From Barnesiella sp. (lineage in GTDB: Bacteria > Bacteroidota > Bacteroidia > Bacteroidales > Barnesiellaceae_A): DNA of 64,000 nucleotides. Below are positions 9,319-18,692 of the stretch, in pieces. The translations under genes and the position numbers were made by a program. The stretch lies in contig JAZRIS010000004.1 of the NCBI GenBank assembly GCA_045645425.1, positions 21,817 to 85,816 on the forward strand, in the 5' to 3' direction. The stretch's first letter is position 1. Every line of letters starts with the position of its first letter. Below the pieces are notes generated by a model. That model was not told where the DNA came from. It did not search any database and saw only the letters and a list, made by a program, of their open reading frames with translations.

Positions 9319-11148
9319 ATGAAAGATTTTATTTCCATATTGCGCCGATTTGTACCACCATACAAACATTATCTTGCGCTCAATATACTCTTCAATATTC
9401 TGGCATCTTTTCTCACGCTTTTCTCTTTTGCCACCATCATGCCCATTCTGGAGATGTTGTTCAATACCGGCGACGTAACAACATACACTTTTATGGAATG
9501 GAATAGCGGCAATATCAAAGATGTAGCCATCAACAATTTCTATTACCTGACAGCACAGACCATCGAACAGGTTGGAGCCTCCACTACAATGCTATTATTA
9601 GGCTTGTTGCTCTCTATTATGACAGCCCTCAAGACCGGTAGCGCATACCTCAGTTCGTTCTACCTCATCCCCTTGCGCAACGGTGTTGTAAGAGATCTTC
9701 GCATGCACGTTTACAACAAGATATTGACCTTGCCCATAGGATTTTTTACCAACGAACGCAAAGGCGATATCATGGCTCGCATGACAGGCGATACTGCCGA
9801 GGTTGAAAACTCGGTGATGTCTTCACTCGAAATGATTTTCAAAGACCCCATCATGATACTTGTCTGCATCATAATGATGTTTATCATCAGTTGGCAGCTG
9901 ACACTCTTTGTGCTTATACTCCTACCCACTGCCGGACTCTTGATGGGTCGAGTGGGTCGCTCACTCAAAAGGAACTCCAAGGATGTACAAGACTGCTGGG
10001 GTGTAATCATGTCGTCTATTGAAGAAACTCTTGGAGGCATACGCATCATCAAGGCCTTTAATGCCGAGAGCGGAATTTCACAAAAATTCAATAACACACT
10101 CAATCAATTCTTCAATTTTGCCAACCGCATGTCGCGCCGACAAGCTCTTGCACACCCCATGAGCGAGTTTCTGGGCACAACAACAATAGTGTTGGTATTG
10201 TGGTTTGGTGGCAGCCTCATATTTGCCGGCAACAGTTCCATTGATGCACCTCAATTTATATACTTTTTGATTATTTTCTATAGCATCATCAATCCCGTCA
10301 AAGACCTTTCAAAAGGTATGTATGCCGTACAACGCGGATTGGCAGCCATGGAGCGTGTCGATAAGCTCCTATCTACCCCCAACCCCATAGAAGAGCCCAA
10401 AAATCCCGTTCAACTATCGGAGTTGAAGGAGGGTATAGAATACCGCAACATATCATTTAAATACAGCAACGACTATGTACTCAAGGATGTTACTCTCAAC
10501 ATCAAGCGAGGACAAACAATAGCCTTGGTGGGACAATCGGGCTCGGGCAAAACCACTCTTGCCGATATGCTCCCTCGTTTTTATGATGTAAATCAAGGTG
10601 GCATATACATCGACGGCATCAACATCAAGGATGTCAAGGTGCACGACCTGCGCAACCTCATGGGCAATGTCAATCAAGAGGCTATCCTCTTCAACGACAC
10701 CTTCTTCAACAATATAGCTTTCGGCATGAAAGATGCCACACTCGAACAAGTGCAAGAAGCTGCGCGCATTGCCAATGCTCACAACTTCATCATGGAAACA
10801 GAAAAAGGCTACGATACCAATATAGGAGATAGAGGTTGTATGCTATCGGGCGGACAAAGACAACGCATCAGCATTGCAAGAGCCATTCTCAAGAATCCAC
10901 CCATCCTCATTCTCGACGAGGCCACCTCGGCTCTCGACACCGAGTCGGAGAAGCTCGTACAAGAGGCCCTCGAACAGCTCATGCGCAATCGCACCACCAT
11001 TGTGATAGCACACCGCCTATCGACCATCAAAAATGCCGATGTGATATGCGTTGTACACGATGGCAAGATAGTAGAACAAGGTCGCCACGAGGAGCTTGTT
11101 GCCCTCGACGGATACTATAAACATCTTGTTGATATGCAAAAATTTTAA
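9319..11148 (+). CDS. ABC transporter, fused permease/ATP-binding subunit (MsbA-like lipid exporter family)
   Basis: Six-TM N-terminal half, then Walker A GQSGSGKTT, signature LSGGQRQR and Walker B ILILDEATSALD. The track start 9295 is a TTG inside the promoter box, so I use ATG 9319 (MKDFISILRRF). Confidence 0.9.
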   Translation: MKDFISILRRFVPPYKHYLALNILFNILASFLTLFSFATIMPILEMLFNTGDVTTYTFMEWNSGNIKDVAINNFYYLTAQTIEQVGASTTMLLLGLLLSIMTALKTGSAYLSSFYLIPLRNGVVRDLRMHVYNKILTLPIGFFTNERKGDIMARMTGDTAEVENSVMSSLEMIFKDPIMILVCIIMMFIISWQLTLFVLILLPTAGLLMGRVGRSLKRNSKDVQDCWGVIMSSIEETLGGIRIIKAFNAESGISQKFNNTLNQFFNFANRMSRRQALAHPMSEFLGTTTIVLVLWFGGSLIFAGNSSIDAPQFIYFLIIFYSIINPVKDLSKGMYAVQRGLAAMERVDKLLSTPNPIEEPKNPVQLSELKEGIEYRNISFKYSNDYVLKDVTLNIKRGQTIALVGQSGSGKTTLADMLPRFYDVNQGGIYIDGINIKDVKVHDLRNLMGNVNQEAILFNDTFFNNIAFGMKDATLEQVQEAARIANAHNFIMETEKGYDTNIGDRGCMLSGGQRQRISIARAILKNPPILILDEATSALDTESEKLVQEALEQLMRNRTTIVIAHRLSTIKNADVICVVHDGKIVEQGRHEELVALDGYYKHLVDMQKF

Positions 11149-11155
11149 AGAAATA

Positions 11156-11259
11156 CCCGTCATCACACAACATTGTCACTCAAAAAAAACGCATCACGAG
11201 CGAACATTTTGCCTCAACGATGGTTATAGTAATGTGTGTTATGTGTGTGTGATGACGGG
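11156..11259 (+). promoter_or_regulatory. long-range helix (candidate antiterminator domain) in the mntP leader
   Basis: cccgtcatcacacaacat (11156-11173) pairs with atgtgtgtgtgatgacggg (11241-11259). That gives 14 bp, a 1-nt bulge and 4 more bp, enclosing about 67 nt. Its 3' arm overlaps the 5' arm of the next terminator by 5 nt. Confidence 0.4.
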
Positions 11260-11295
11260 AGATAAAGCTCGATGAGCCGATTTCTCCCGTTTTTA
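11255..11295 (+). terminator. intrinsic terminator immediately upstream of mntP
   Basis: acgggaga...gctc gat gagc...tctcccgt followed by ttttt. It lies 17 nt before the mntP ATG. Confidence 0.6.
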
Positions 11296-11311
11296 ATTTA
11301 AATAATAACAC

Positions 11312-11872
11312 ATGACACTCTTTTCTCTCATCATTCTCGCCATCGGCTTGTGCATGGATAGCTTTGCCGTTTCACTCACCAGCGGCACACTCATGCGCCC
11401 ATTCACCATCAGACGCGCATGCAAGTTTGCCCTCATCATGGCCATCTTTCAAGGCACTATGCCCGTAATAGGATGGTTGCTTGGAGTAGGTTTCAGAGAT
11501 TTTATAGTAGATTTGGATCATTGGATAGCATTGGCATTACTGCTATATTTGGGAGGACGCATGATATACGAGTCGTTGCAAGAAGGCAAAGAAGAGAATT
11601 TCAATCCTTGCTGCACACGCACCGCCATGACAATGGGACTTGCCACAAGCATCGATGCCATGGCTGTCGGTATCTCCCTCTCTTTTCTTCATGTCGATAT
11701 GGTGCAATCGGCTCTTGTCATAGGCATCACAACCTTTATATTCTCAATGGGAGGCCTTCTCATAGGCAAGAAAATTGGGTGCTATCTCAAAAAAGGAGCC
11801 GAGATTGTGGGAGGTATCATTCTCATACTCATAGGTGTAAAAATATGCATAGAGCACCTGTTTTTTGCATAA
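11312..11872 (+). CDS. mntP: manganese efflux pump MntP
   Basis: 186 aa and highly hydrophobic. N-terminal LCMDSFAVSL and a second SIDAMAVGISL repeat are typical of MntP/YebN. Confidence 0.9.
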   Translation: MTLFSLIILAIGLCMDSFAVSLTSGTLMRPFTIRRACKFALIMAIFQGTMPVIGWLLGVGFRDFIVDLDHWIALALLLYLGGRMIYESLQEGKEENFNPCCTRTAMTMGLATSIDAMAVGISLSFLHVDMVQSALVIGITTFIFSMGGLLIGKKIGCYLKKGAEIVGGIILILIGVKICIEHLFFA

Positions 11873-11950
11873 AATACAAAAAATTGCCCGCAAATCATCA
11901 ACTTATCGAACATTAGCCCCTTCCAGCCCTTGTTTTTTAATTATAATATG

Positions 11951-11958
11951 TACCTTTG
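11951..11958 (+). promoter_or_regulatory. -7 promoter box TACCTTTG upstream of speA
   Basis: Perfect TAnnTTTG match 59 nt upstream of ATG 12018. Confidence 0.5.
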
Positions 11959-12017
11959 CAAGTTGAAGCATATAATATTTTTATACACAACTCTTAAAAA
12001 ACAAGTAACTGACGATA

Positions 12018-13913
12018 ATGAGAAGATGGCGCATCGAAGACTCGGCCGAGTTGTATAATATCAACGGCTGGGGTTTGAAATATTTTTCGATCAACGACAA
12101 AGGTCACGTACAAGTAACTCCGCGCGAAGGTCAAGCATCGGTAGATTTACGCGAACTCATGGACGAGTTGCAACTACGCGATGTGACAGCACCTGTACTT
12201 GTGCGTTTTCCCGATATTCTTGACAATCGCATCGAGAAAATCTCCAACTGCTTCCAACAAGCAGCCCAAGAGTATGGTTATACTGCTCAAAACTTCATTA
12301 TATACCCCATCAAGGTCAATCAAATGCGACCGGTTGTGGAGGAAATTGTAAGCCACGGTAAGAAATTCAATATAGGCCTTGAAGCCGGTTCAAAACCCGA
12401 ATTGCATGCTGTATTGGCTATCAATACCGACAAGAACTCATTGATTATATGCAACGGTTACAAAGACGAAGCATACATCGAGCTTGCATTGCTGGCTCAA
12501 AAGATGGGTCGTCGCATCTTCCTCGTTGTTGAGAAGCTCAACGAATTGAGAAAAATAGCCGAAATAGCCAAGCGATTTAAGGTACAACCCAACATCGGTA
12601 TCCGCATCAAATTGGCAAGTGCCGGCAGTGGCAAATGGGAAGAATCGGGTGGTGATGGCAGTAAATTCGGCCTCAACTCAAGCGAGCTCCTTGAGGCTCT
12701 CGACTTCCTCCGCTCTCGCAAGATGAGCGATTGCCTTCGCTTCATCCACTTCCACATCGGTAGCCAAATCACCAAGATACGTCGCATCAAAAACGCCTTG
12801 CGCGAAGCCTCGCAATTCTATGTACAACTACAACAAATGGGCTTCAACATCGAGTTTGTAGATATTGGTGGCGGACTTGGCGTAGATTACGATGGCTCAC
12901 GCTCATCATCGAGCGAAAGCAGCATGAACTACTCGATACAAGAGTATGTCAATGATGCCGTCTTTACACTCGTAGATGTTTGCAACAAGAACAATCTCCC
13001 CCAACCCAATATCATCACCGAAAGTGGTCGCTCTCTCACAGCGCATCACTCGGTACTCATCATCGAGGCTCTTGAAACCACATCATTGCCCATCTGGGAA
13101 GACAAAGAAGAACTCGAAGAGAACGCACACGAGTTGGCTCGCGAGCTATACAATATATGGGACAACATGAACACACCGCGCCTGCTCGAAAGCTGGCACG
13201 ATGCGTTGCAAATACGCGAAGAAGCACTCGACCTCTTCAGCTTGGGTCTGCTCGACCTCAATACCCGTGCTCAAATAGAGAAACTATTCTGGTCTATCGC
13301 ACGCGAGGTCAATCAGATGGCACTCGAAATGAAGCATGCGCCCGAAGAATTGCGCAAAATACAACGTCTTTTGCCCGACAAATACTTCTGCAACTTCTCG
13401 CTCTTCCAGTCGCTACCCGACTCATGGGCCATCGACCAAGTATTTCCCATCATGCCCATCGGACGACTCGACGAGCGACCCGACCGCACTGCCACCTTGC
13501 AAGACATTACTTGCGACTCGGATGGTAAGATTGCCAATTTTATCTCTCCAACCGGTGCTTCATCATCATTGCCGGTACATGGTGTTGGCAAAGAACCCTA
13601 TTACATAGGCGTATTTCTCGTAGGTGCATACCAAGAGATTTTGGGCGACTTGCACAACCTCTTTGGCGACACCAATGCCGTACACATCAGTGTTTACAAG
13701 GATCACTATGAGATAGACCAAATTATCGATGGCGAAACCGTAGCCGAGGTACTCGACTATGTACAATTCTCTCCCAAAAAATTGGTGCGTAGCGTAGAAA
13801 CATGGGCAACAGCATCAATGAAAGCCGGTGTTATCACACCCGAGGAGGGCAGAGAATTTCTTTCCAACTATCGTTCGGGGCTTTACGGATACACCTATCT
13901 CGAAAGCGAATAA
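12018..13913 (+). CDS. speA: biosynthetic arginine decarboxylase
   Basis: 631 aa. N-terminal W.IEDSAELYNINGWG..YFSIN motif, a PLP-dependent decarboxylase core (IYPIKVNQ, HFHIGSQ), and SpeA length. Confidence 0.95.
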   Translation: MRRWRIEDSAELYNINGWGLKYFSINDKGHVQVTPREGQASVDLRELMDELQLRDVTAPVLVRFPDILDNRIEKISNCFQQAAQEYGYTAQNFIIYPIKVNQMRPVVEEIVSHGKKFNIGLEAGSKPELHAVLAINTDKNSLIICNGYKDEAYIELALLAQKMGRRIFLVVEKLNELRKIAEIAKRFKVQPNIGIRIKLASAGSGKWEESGGDGSKFGLNSSELLEALDFLRSRKMSDCLRFIHFHIGSQITKIRRIKNALREASQFYVQLQQMGFNIEFVDIGGGLGVDYDGSRSSSSESSMNYSIQEYVNDAVFTLVDVCNKNNLPQPNIITESGRSLTAHHSVLIIEALETTSLPIWEDKEELEENAHELARELYNIWDNMNTPRLLESWHDALQIREEALDLFSLGLLDLNTRAQIEKLFWSIAREVNQMALEMKHAPEELRKIQRLLPDKYFCNFSLFQSLPDSWAIDQVFPIMPIGRLDERPDRTATLQDITCDSDGKIANFISPTGASSSLPVHGVGKEPYYIGVFLVGAYQEILGDLHNLFGDTNAVHISVYKDHYEIDQIIDGETVAEVLDYVQFSPKKLVRSVETWATASMKAGVITPEEGREFLSNYRSGLYGYTYLESE

Positions 13914-13928
13914 GACAGAAAATAAATT

Positions 13929-13957
13929 GTTAGTCCCATGTACCGCATGGGACTAAC
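13929..13957 (+). terminator. hairpin terminator after speA (no strong U tract)
   Basis: gttagtcccatg / catgggactaac form a 12-bp perfect stem with a 5-nt loop, 16 nt after the speA stop. Confidence 0.5.
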
Positions 13958-13980
13958 TCATATATAACATCTCCAACAGC

Positions 13981-14733
13981 ATGCGATACTTCCTCTACTT
14001 TGCCTACGATGGCAGCAACTATCACGGATGGCAAGTTCAACCCAACGCCATCACCGTACAACTTCGTCTTGAGGAAGCCATATACACCCTCTTACGTTGC
14101 CAAACACCCGTAACAGGTGCCGGTCGTACCGATGCCGGAGTGAATGCTCGTCGCATGGTAGCACATTTCGATACAGAAACCCCACTACCCGACCCATCGG
14201 CATTTGCCGACCGCCTCAATCGCCTGCTCCCCCACGATATTGCCATACAAGATTGTGTGCCGGTTACCGACGAGGCCCATGCTCGTTTCGACGCAACCTC
14301 TCGCACATACAAGTATTACGTTATAGACCATAAGTCGCCCTTTGCCGAACGATATGCATGGCGATACCGAGGCACTCTCGACTATGATGCCATGAACCAA
14401 GCTGCCGAGGTATTGTATCGTTACACCGACTTTACATCTTTCAGCAAGCTACACACCGATGTCAAGACCAACAACTGCCGCATTACACACGCTCGCTGGC
14501 AACAAGAAGGCGAAGGCTACACCTTTACTATTACCGCCGACCGCTTCTTGCGCAATATGGTAAGGGCTATCGTGGGTACTCTCATCGAAGTGGGGCGACA
14601 TAAAATATCGCTCGACGACTTCTGCGCCATCATCGAGGGACAAGACCGATGCTTGGCCGGCACATCCATGCCCGGCAAGGCACTCTTCCTGCACGATGTA
14701 ACCTACCCCGAAGAGATATTTATCAACAAATAG
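13981..14733 (+). CDS. truA: tRNA pseudouridine(38-40) synthase
   Basis: 250 aa. [22 protein letters not shown] and the [11 protein letters not shown] catalytic Asp motif. Confidence 0.95.
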   Translation: MRYFLYFAYDGSNYHGWQVQPNAITVQLRLEEAIYTLLRCQTPVTGAGRTDAGVNARRMVAHFDTETPLPDPSAFADRLNRLLPHDIAIQDCVPVTDEAHARFDATSRTYKYYVIDHKSPFAERYAWRYRGTLDYDAMNQAAEVLYRYTDFTSFSKLHTDVKTNNCRITHARWQQEGEGYTFTITADRFLRNMVRAIVGTLIEVGRHKISLDDFCAIIEGQDRCLAGTSMPGKALFLHDVTYPEEIFINK

Positions 14734-14767
14734 AGCATACCCTCACCCGATATTCCCTCTCAAACAC

Positions 14768-15670
14768 ATGTGGTTGTCATTGGCATTTCTATCGGCACTG
14801 CTTTTGGGCGCATACGACACTTGCAAGAAAGCAGCTCTCAATGGCAACGCCGTCATTCCCGTTTTATTGCTCAACACACTCTTCTGCTCGTTGCTCTTCT
14901 CGCCGCTTATTATTCTGTCGAGATTGGCACCCGACACGCTACGAGATACCATCCTATATGTGCCCGAAGCCGACTTTCGCACCCACCTATACATCTTTTT
15001 CAAAGCATGTATCGTGCTATCCTCATGGCTGTTTGCCTATTTTTCTACCAAGCACCTGCCCATCACTATTGCCGCACCCATCAAGGCATCACAACCTATA
15101 CTCACACTCGTGGGAGCCATGCTCTTCTTTGGCGAAGCCCTCAATCTATACCAATGGATAGGCGTATCTATAGCCATTATCGCCTTTATACTACTATCTA
15201 TATCGGGCAAAAAAGAGGGAATAAACTTTGGGCATAACATATGGATTATATTTATTGTACTCGCAACAATAACAGGAGCTATAAGCGGGCTATATGACAA
15301 GTACCTCATGTCACACGGATTTCATCGCATGACTGTGTTGGCTTGGTACTCCTACTACCAACTTGCACTCATGATTGTCATTGCACTCATACTGTGGTAT
15401 CCCAAGCGCAAAGAAACCACCCCATTTGTGTGGCGCAAAAGTATATTTTTCATCTCCCTCTTTCTGGTATGCGCCGACTTTGTCTATTTCTACGCACTCA
15501 GCTATCCCGAGTCTATGATTTCGGTTGTATCGATGGTGCGTCGCAGCAGTGTAGTCGTGAGCTTTACGGCCGGAGCCATACTCTTCCGTGAAAAAAACAT
15601 AGGCAACAAGGCCATCGATGTGCTATTGGTACTATTGGGCATGGTGTTCCTCTATTTAGGCTCACGATAA
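14768..15670 (+). CDS. EamA/DMT-family membrane transporter
   Basis: 300 aa with about 10 predicted TM helices arranged as two similar halves. Confidence 0.8.
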   Translation: MWLSLAFLSALLLGAYDTCKKAALNGNAVIPVLLLNTLFCSLLFSPLIILSRLAPDTLRDTILYVPEADFRTHLYIFFKACIVLSSWLFAYFSTKHLPITIAAPIKASQPILTLVGAMLFFGEALNLYQWIGVSIAIIAFILLSISGKKEGINFGHNIWIIFIVLATITGAISGLYDKYLMSHGFHRMTVLAWYSYYQLALMIVIALILWYPKRKETTPFVWRKSIFFISLFLVCADFVYFYALSYPESMISVVSMVRRSSVVVSFTAGAILFREKNIGNKAIDVLLVLLGMVFLYLGSR

Positions 15671-15733
15671 CATCACATCCTTGTACATTTATATAATACT
15701 TGCTATATTTGTACATTCATAAATAATAAGAGC

Positions 15734-16375
15734 ATGAAACGCCACACCTATATTATATCCCTTCTACTATGCCTGCTTGGCACCATAGAGCTATCGGCAC
15801 AAAAGATTGAAGAGGCATGGATGGATATGCCCGCACACATCACCCCCTACATTGGACAAGGTGCTCTATTGGACATGATAGACCTCTACAACGCCGGCAT
15901 GAAGGCATGCGCAAGCACATTCACCGGCGACACAGCACAACTATACACGCTGGGCGACACCTACTTGCACATGCGCACATCGCGAGCAAGTACCCTGCAA
16001 ATAAAGCAAATAAAAGAAGGTAAAAAGACCCTATACGTTGTCATCACAACTATCGAAGGCCCTGCACCCAATAGTCATATAGACCTATACGACGAACATT
16101 GGCAACTCACAACAAAGCCCCAACGCTTCACCCCCGTCACCATTGCCGACTTTATCGACCCACAGAAGAAGAAGCGCAAAGAAAGAGAATTATTGGTCAA
16201 ACAAATAATCCTCCCCACCATACAATACAGCATGTGCGAGCCGACAAACGACATCATCGCCACACCCTCGTTTATGCAAACACTCGACGAAGAAACACGC
16301 CTGAACATTCAAGAGAACTTCTACCAACAACTCATCTTGCAATGGAAAAGAGGCAAATGGGAAATAAACAAATAA
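15734..16375 (+). CDS. hypothetical secreted protein (possibly DUF3256-like)
   Basis: 213 aa with signal peptide MKRHTYIISLLLCLLGTIELSAQ. I recognise no catalytic motif. Confidence 0.65.
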   Translation: MKRHTYIISLLLCLLGTIELSAQKIEEAWMDMPAHITPYIGQGALLDMIDLYNAGMKACASTFTGDTAQLYTLGDTYLHMRTSRASTLQIKQIKEGKKTLYVVITTIEGPAPNSHIDLYDEHWQLTTKPQRFTPVTIADFIDPQKKKRKERELLVKQIILPTIQYSMCEPTNDIIATPSFMQTLDEETRLNIQENFYQQLILQWKRGKWEINK

Positions 16376-16480
16376 GTTGAAAATCAAACAAATAATTCAA
16401 CAACCAAACACTACGAACACGTCTGCATAATAAAAAAGAAAGTTTAGCAAACAACACACTTGCAGATGTTGATTTTTTAG

Positions 16481-16488
16481 TACCTTTG
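16481..16488 (+). promoter_or_regulatory. -7 promoter box TACCTTTG upstream of fba
   Basis: Perfect TAnnTTTG match 39 nt upstream of ATG 16528. Confidence 0.5.
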
Positions 16489-16527
16489 CAAAAAGATTAT
16501 TTATCAATAAACAAAAATATAGAAGAA

Positions 16528-17523
16528 ATGGTAAGCTACAAAGAATTGGGTTTGGTGAACACCCGTGAGATGTTCCGCAAAGCAATGGAAGGCAAGTATG
16601 CTATCGCAGCATTCAACTTCAACAACATGGAGCAAATGCAAGCAATCATCCAAGCCGCCGTAGAGTGTCAGTCGCCTGTAATCCTTCAGGTATCAAGTGG
16701 CGCACGCAAATATGCCAACCAAACACTCCTTCGCTACATGGCACAAGGAGCTGTTGAGTATGCCAAAGAGTTGGGTTGCGCAATTCCCATCACACTCCAC
16801 CTCGACCACGGTGACACATTCGAGTTGTGCAAATCTTGCGTAGATATGGGCTTCTCTTCAGTTATGATCGACGGCTCACACCACTCATACGAAGAGAACG
16901 TAGAACTCACTCGTCGCGTTGTTGAGTATGCTCACAAATACGACGTTACCGTAGAGGGTGAGCTTGGTGTATTGGCAGGTGTTGAAGATGATGTATGCGC
17001 CGAGCACCACACATACACACGCCCCGAAGAGGTAGAAGACTTTGTATCAAAAACAGGTGTCGATTCACTCGCCATCTCAATAGGTACATCACATGGTGCC
17101 AACAAATTCCGTCCCGAGCAATGCACTCGCAACGAAGAAGGCATCCTCGTTCCTCCTCCCCTACGCTTCGACATCCTCGAAGAAATCGAGAAACGCATCC
17201 CCGGCTTCCCCATCGTATTGCACGGCTCATCAAGCGTTCCCCAAGACAAGGTTGCCATCATCAACCAATATGGCGGCGCCCTCAAAGATGCAATCGGTAT
17301 CCCCGAAGACCAACTCCGTCGTGCCGCTTCATCGTCGGTATGCAAGATCAACATCGACTCTGACGGTCGCTTGGCTATGACAGCAGCCGTTCGTGAAGTG
17401 TTTGCCAACAAGCCCGCCGAGTTTGACCCCCGCAAATACCTCGGTCCCGCTCGCGATGCGCTCAAAGAACTCTACAAACACAAACTCATCAACGTACTTG
17501 GCAGTGCCGGCAAAGCACTCTAA
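16528..17523 (+). CDS. fba: class II fructose-1,6-bisphosphate aldolase
   Basis: MVSYKELGLVNTREMF..YAIAAFNFNNMEQ, LHLDHG and GTSHGA motifs. The track start 16486 is a TTG inside the promoter box, so I use ATG 16528. Confidence 0.95.
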   Translation: MVSYKELGLVNTREMFRKAMEGKYAIAAFNFNNMEQMQAIIQAAVECQSPVILQVSSGARKYANQTLLRYMAQGAVEYAKELGCAIPITLHLDHGDTFELCKSCVDMGFSSVMIDGSHHSYEENVELTRRVVEYAHKYDVTVEGELGVLAGVEDDVCAEHHTYTRPEEVEDFVSKTGVDSLAISIGTSHGANKFRPEQCTRNEEGILVPPPLRFDILEEIEKRIPGFPIVLHGSSSVPQDKVAIINQYGGALKDAIGIPEDQLRRAASSSVCKINIDSDGRLAMTAAVREVFANKPAEFDPRKYLGPARDALKELYKHKLINVLGSAGKAL

Positions 17524-17540
17524 TGCTACACACCAATATC

Positions 17541-17580
17541 AAGAGGTCGCACATCGCTTGTATGTGCGACCTCTTATTTT
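17541..17580 (+). terminator. intrinsic terminator after fba
   Basis: aagaggtcgcacat / atgtgcgacctctt form a 14-bp perfect stem with a 7-nt loop, followed by atttta. Confidence 0.7.
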
Positions 17581-17764
17581 ATGACATGGCTCACAAAAAC
17601 CTCACCGCATAAAAAATATTTTTTACGATATTTGCCAAACAATATCGCTCAACTGCTTGTTATAGAGCCGAAATATACGATATAAAACAAAATTAAAAAT
17701 AAAATTAACTCTATTGTTTAATAAATATCTGCACAAAGATTTGACAAGTACCAATTATTTTTCT

Positions 17765-17772
17765 TACCTTTG
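17765..17772 (+). promoter_or_regulatory. -7 promoter box TACCTTTG upstream of yceD-rpmF-fabH
   Basis: Perfect TAnnTTTG match 26 nt upstream of the start at 17799. Confidence 0.5.
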
Positions 17773-17798
17773 CGCAGTTTTTTAATGATGTATCAGCC

Positions 17799-18371
17799 TT
17801 GGGAAAGTTTACAGAATATAAACTATCACTCAAAACCATGCCTGTAGGCACTTCTACGGCACTTGAGTACAGGCTCGACAACGAGTTCTTTGCAAATATA
17901 GATGGACCCGAAGTACAACGCGGAAAGGTCAATGTAACCCTCAACGTGAAGCGAACAGCAACAGTTGTTGAGTTAAACTTCAACCTTTCGGGCGTTATAT
18001 ACATCCCCTGCGACCGCTGTCTTGACGACATGGAGCACATCATCGACACCGATGAGCAACTCTTCATCAAGTTGGGACACGAATATAAAGAGGAAAGCGA
18101 CAATATGCTCATCATCCCCGAAGATGAAGGAGAAATAAACATCGCTTGGTTTCTTTATGAATTTATCGCACTCACCATTCCCATCAAGCACGTACACCCA
18201 TACGGCAAGTGCAACAAGGAGATGAGTGCAAGGTTGCAACAAATGAGCGCACATCGTATTGGCGACGAAGATGACGATATGGAGATAGAAATCATCGACG
18301 ATGACAATACACAGGAGGAGGAAAAACCAACCGACCCTCGCTGGGATGCCCTCAAAAAACTGAAAAGATAA
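17799..18371 (+). CDS. DUF177 (YceD-like) protein preceding rpmF
   Basis: 190 aa with CxxC...C pattern (CDRCLDD, HPYGKC), an acidic C-terminus, and the conserved position directly upstream of rpmF. The start codon at 17799 is TTG, and the first in-frame ATG (17838) would remove conserved N-terminal residues. Confidence 0.8.
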   Translation: MGKFTEYKLSLKTMPVGTSTALEYRLDNEFFANIDGPEVQRGKVNVTLNVKRTATVVELNFNLSGVIYIPCDRCLDDMEHIIDTDEQLFIKLGHEYKEESDNMLIIPEDEGEINIAWFLYEFIALTIPIKHVHPYGKCNKEMSARLQQMSAHRIGDEDDDMEIEIIDDDNTQEEEKPTDPRWDALKKLKR

Positions 18372-18390
18372 TAATTAAATATATAGTAAA

Positions 18391-18576
18391 ATGGCACATC
18401 CTAAAAGAAAACAATCGAAGACAAGAACAGCCAAGAGAAGAACTCACGACAAGGCTGTAGCCCCCACATTGGCCATTTGCCCCAACTGCGGTGCATGGCA
18501 TGTTTACCACACTGTTTGCGGCGAATGCGGCTACTATCGTGGTAAGTTGGCTATCGAAAAAGAAGCTGCTGTCTAA
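18391..18576 (+). CDS. rpmF: 50S ribosomal protein L32
   Basis: 61 aa. MAHPKRKQSKTRTAKRRTH plus the CPNCG...CGECG zinc ribbon. Confidence 0.95.
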   Translation: MAHPKRKQSKTRTAKRRTHDKAVAPTLAICPNCGAWHVYHTVCGECGYYRGKLAIEKEAAV

Positions 18577-18600
18577 TAGACACTGCTTGCAGAAAAATCT

Positions 18601-18626
18601 AATGCCCTATTTTTAGGGCATTTTTC
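18601..18626 (+). terminator. intrinsic terminator after rpmF
   Basis: aatgcccta tttt tagggcatt followed by tttcttt. Confidence 0.65.
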
Positions 18627-18692
18627 TTTAGAACCCATAGTAGTTGTAAAATACAATTAATTTTACTCAACTATTTTTAATATACACACACT

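Noticed and set aside
11149-11311. Canonical yybP-ykoY (Mn) riboswitch upstream of mntP
   Set aside because: The gene context fits, but I cannot find the conserved GGGGAGUAG-type 5' core or the matching 3' conserved stretch as I remember them. The only GGGAGA lies inside the terminator stem. I kept it only as a non-canonical candidate, and a cmsearch with RF00080 would settle it.
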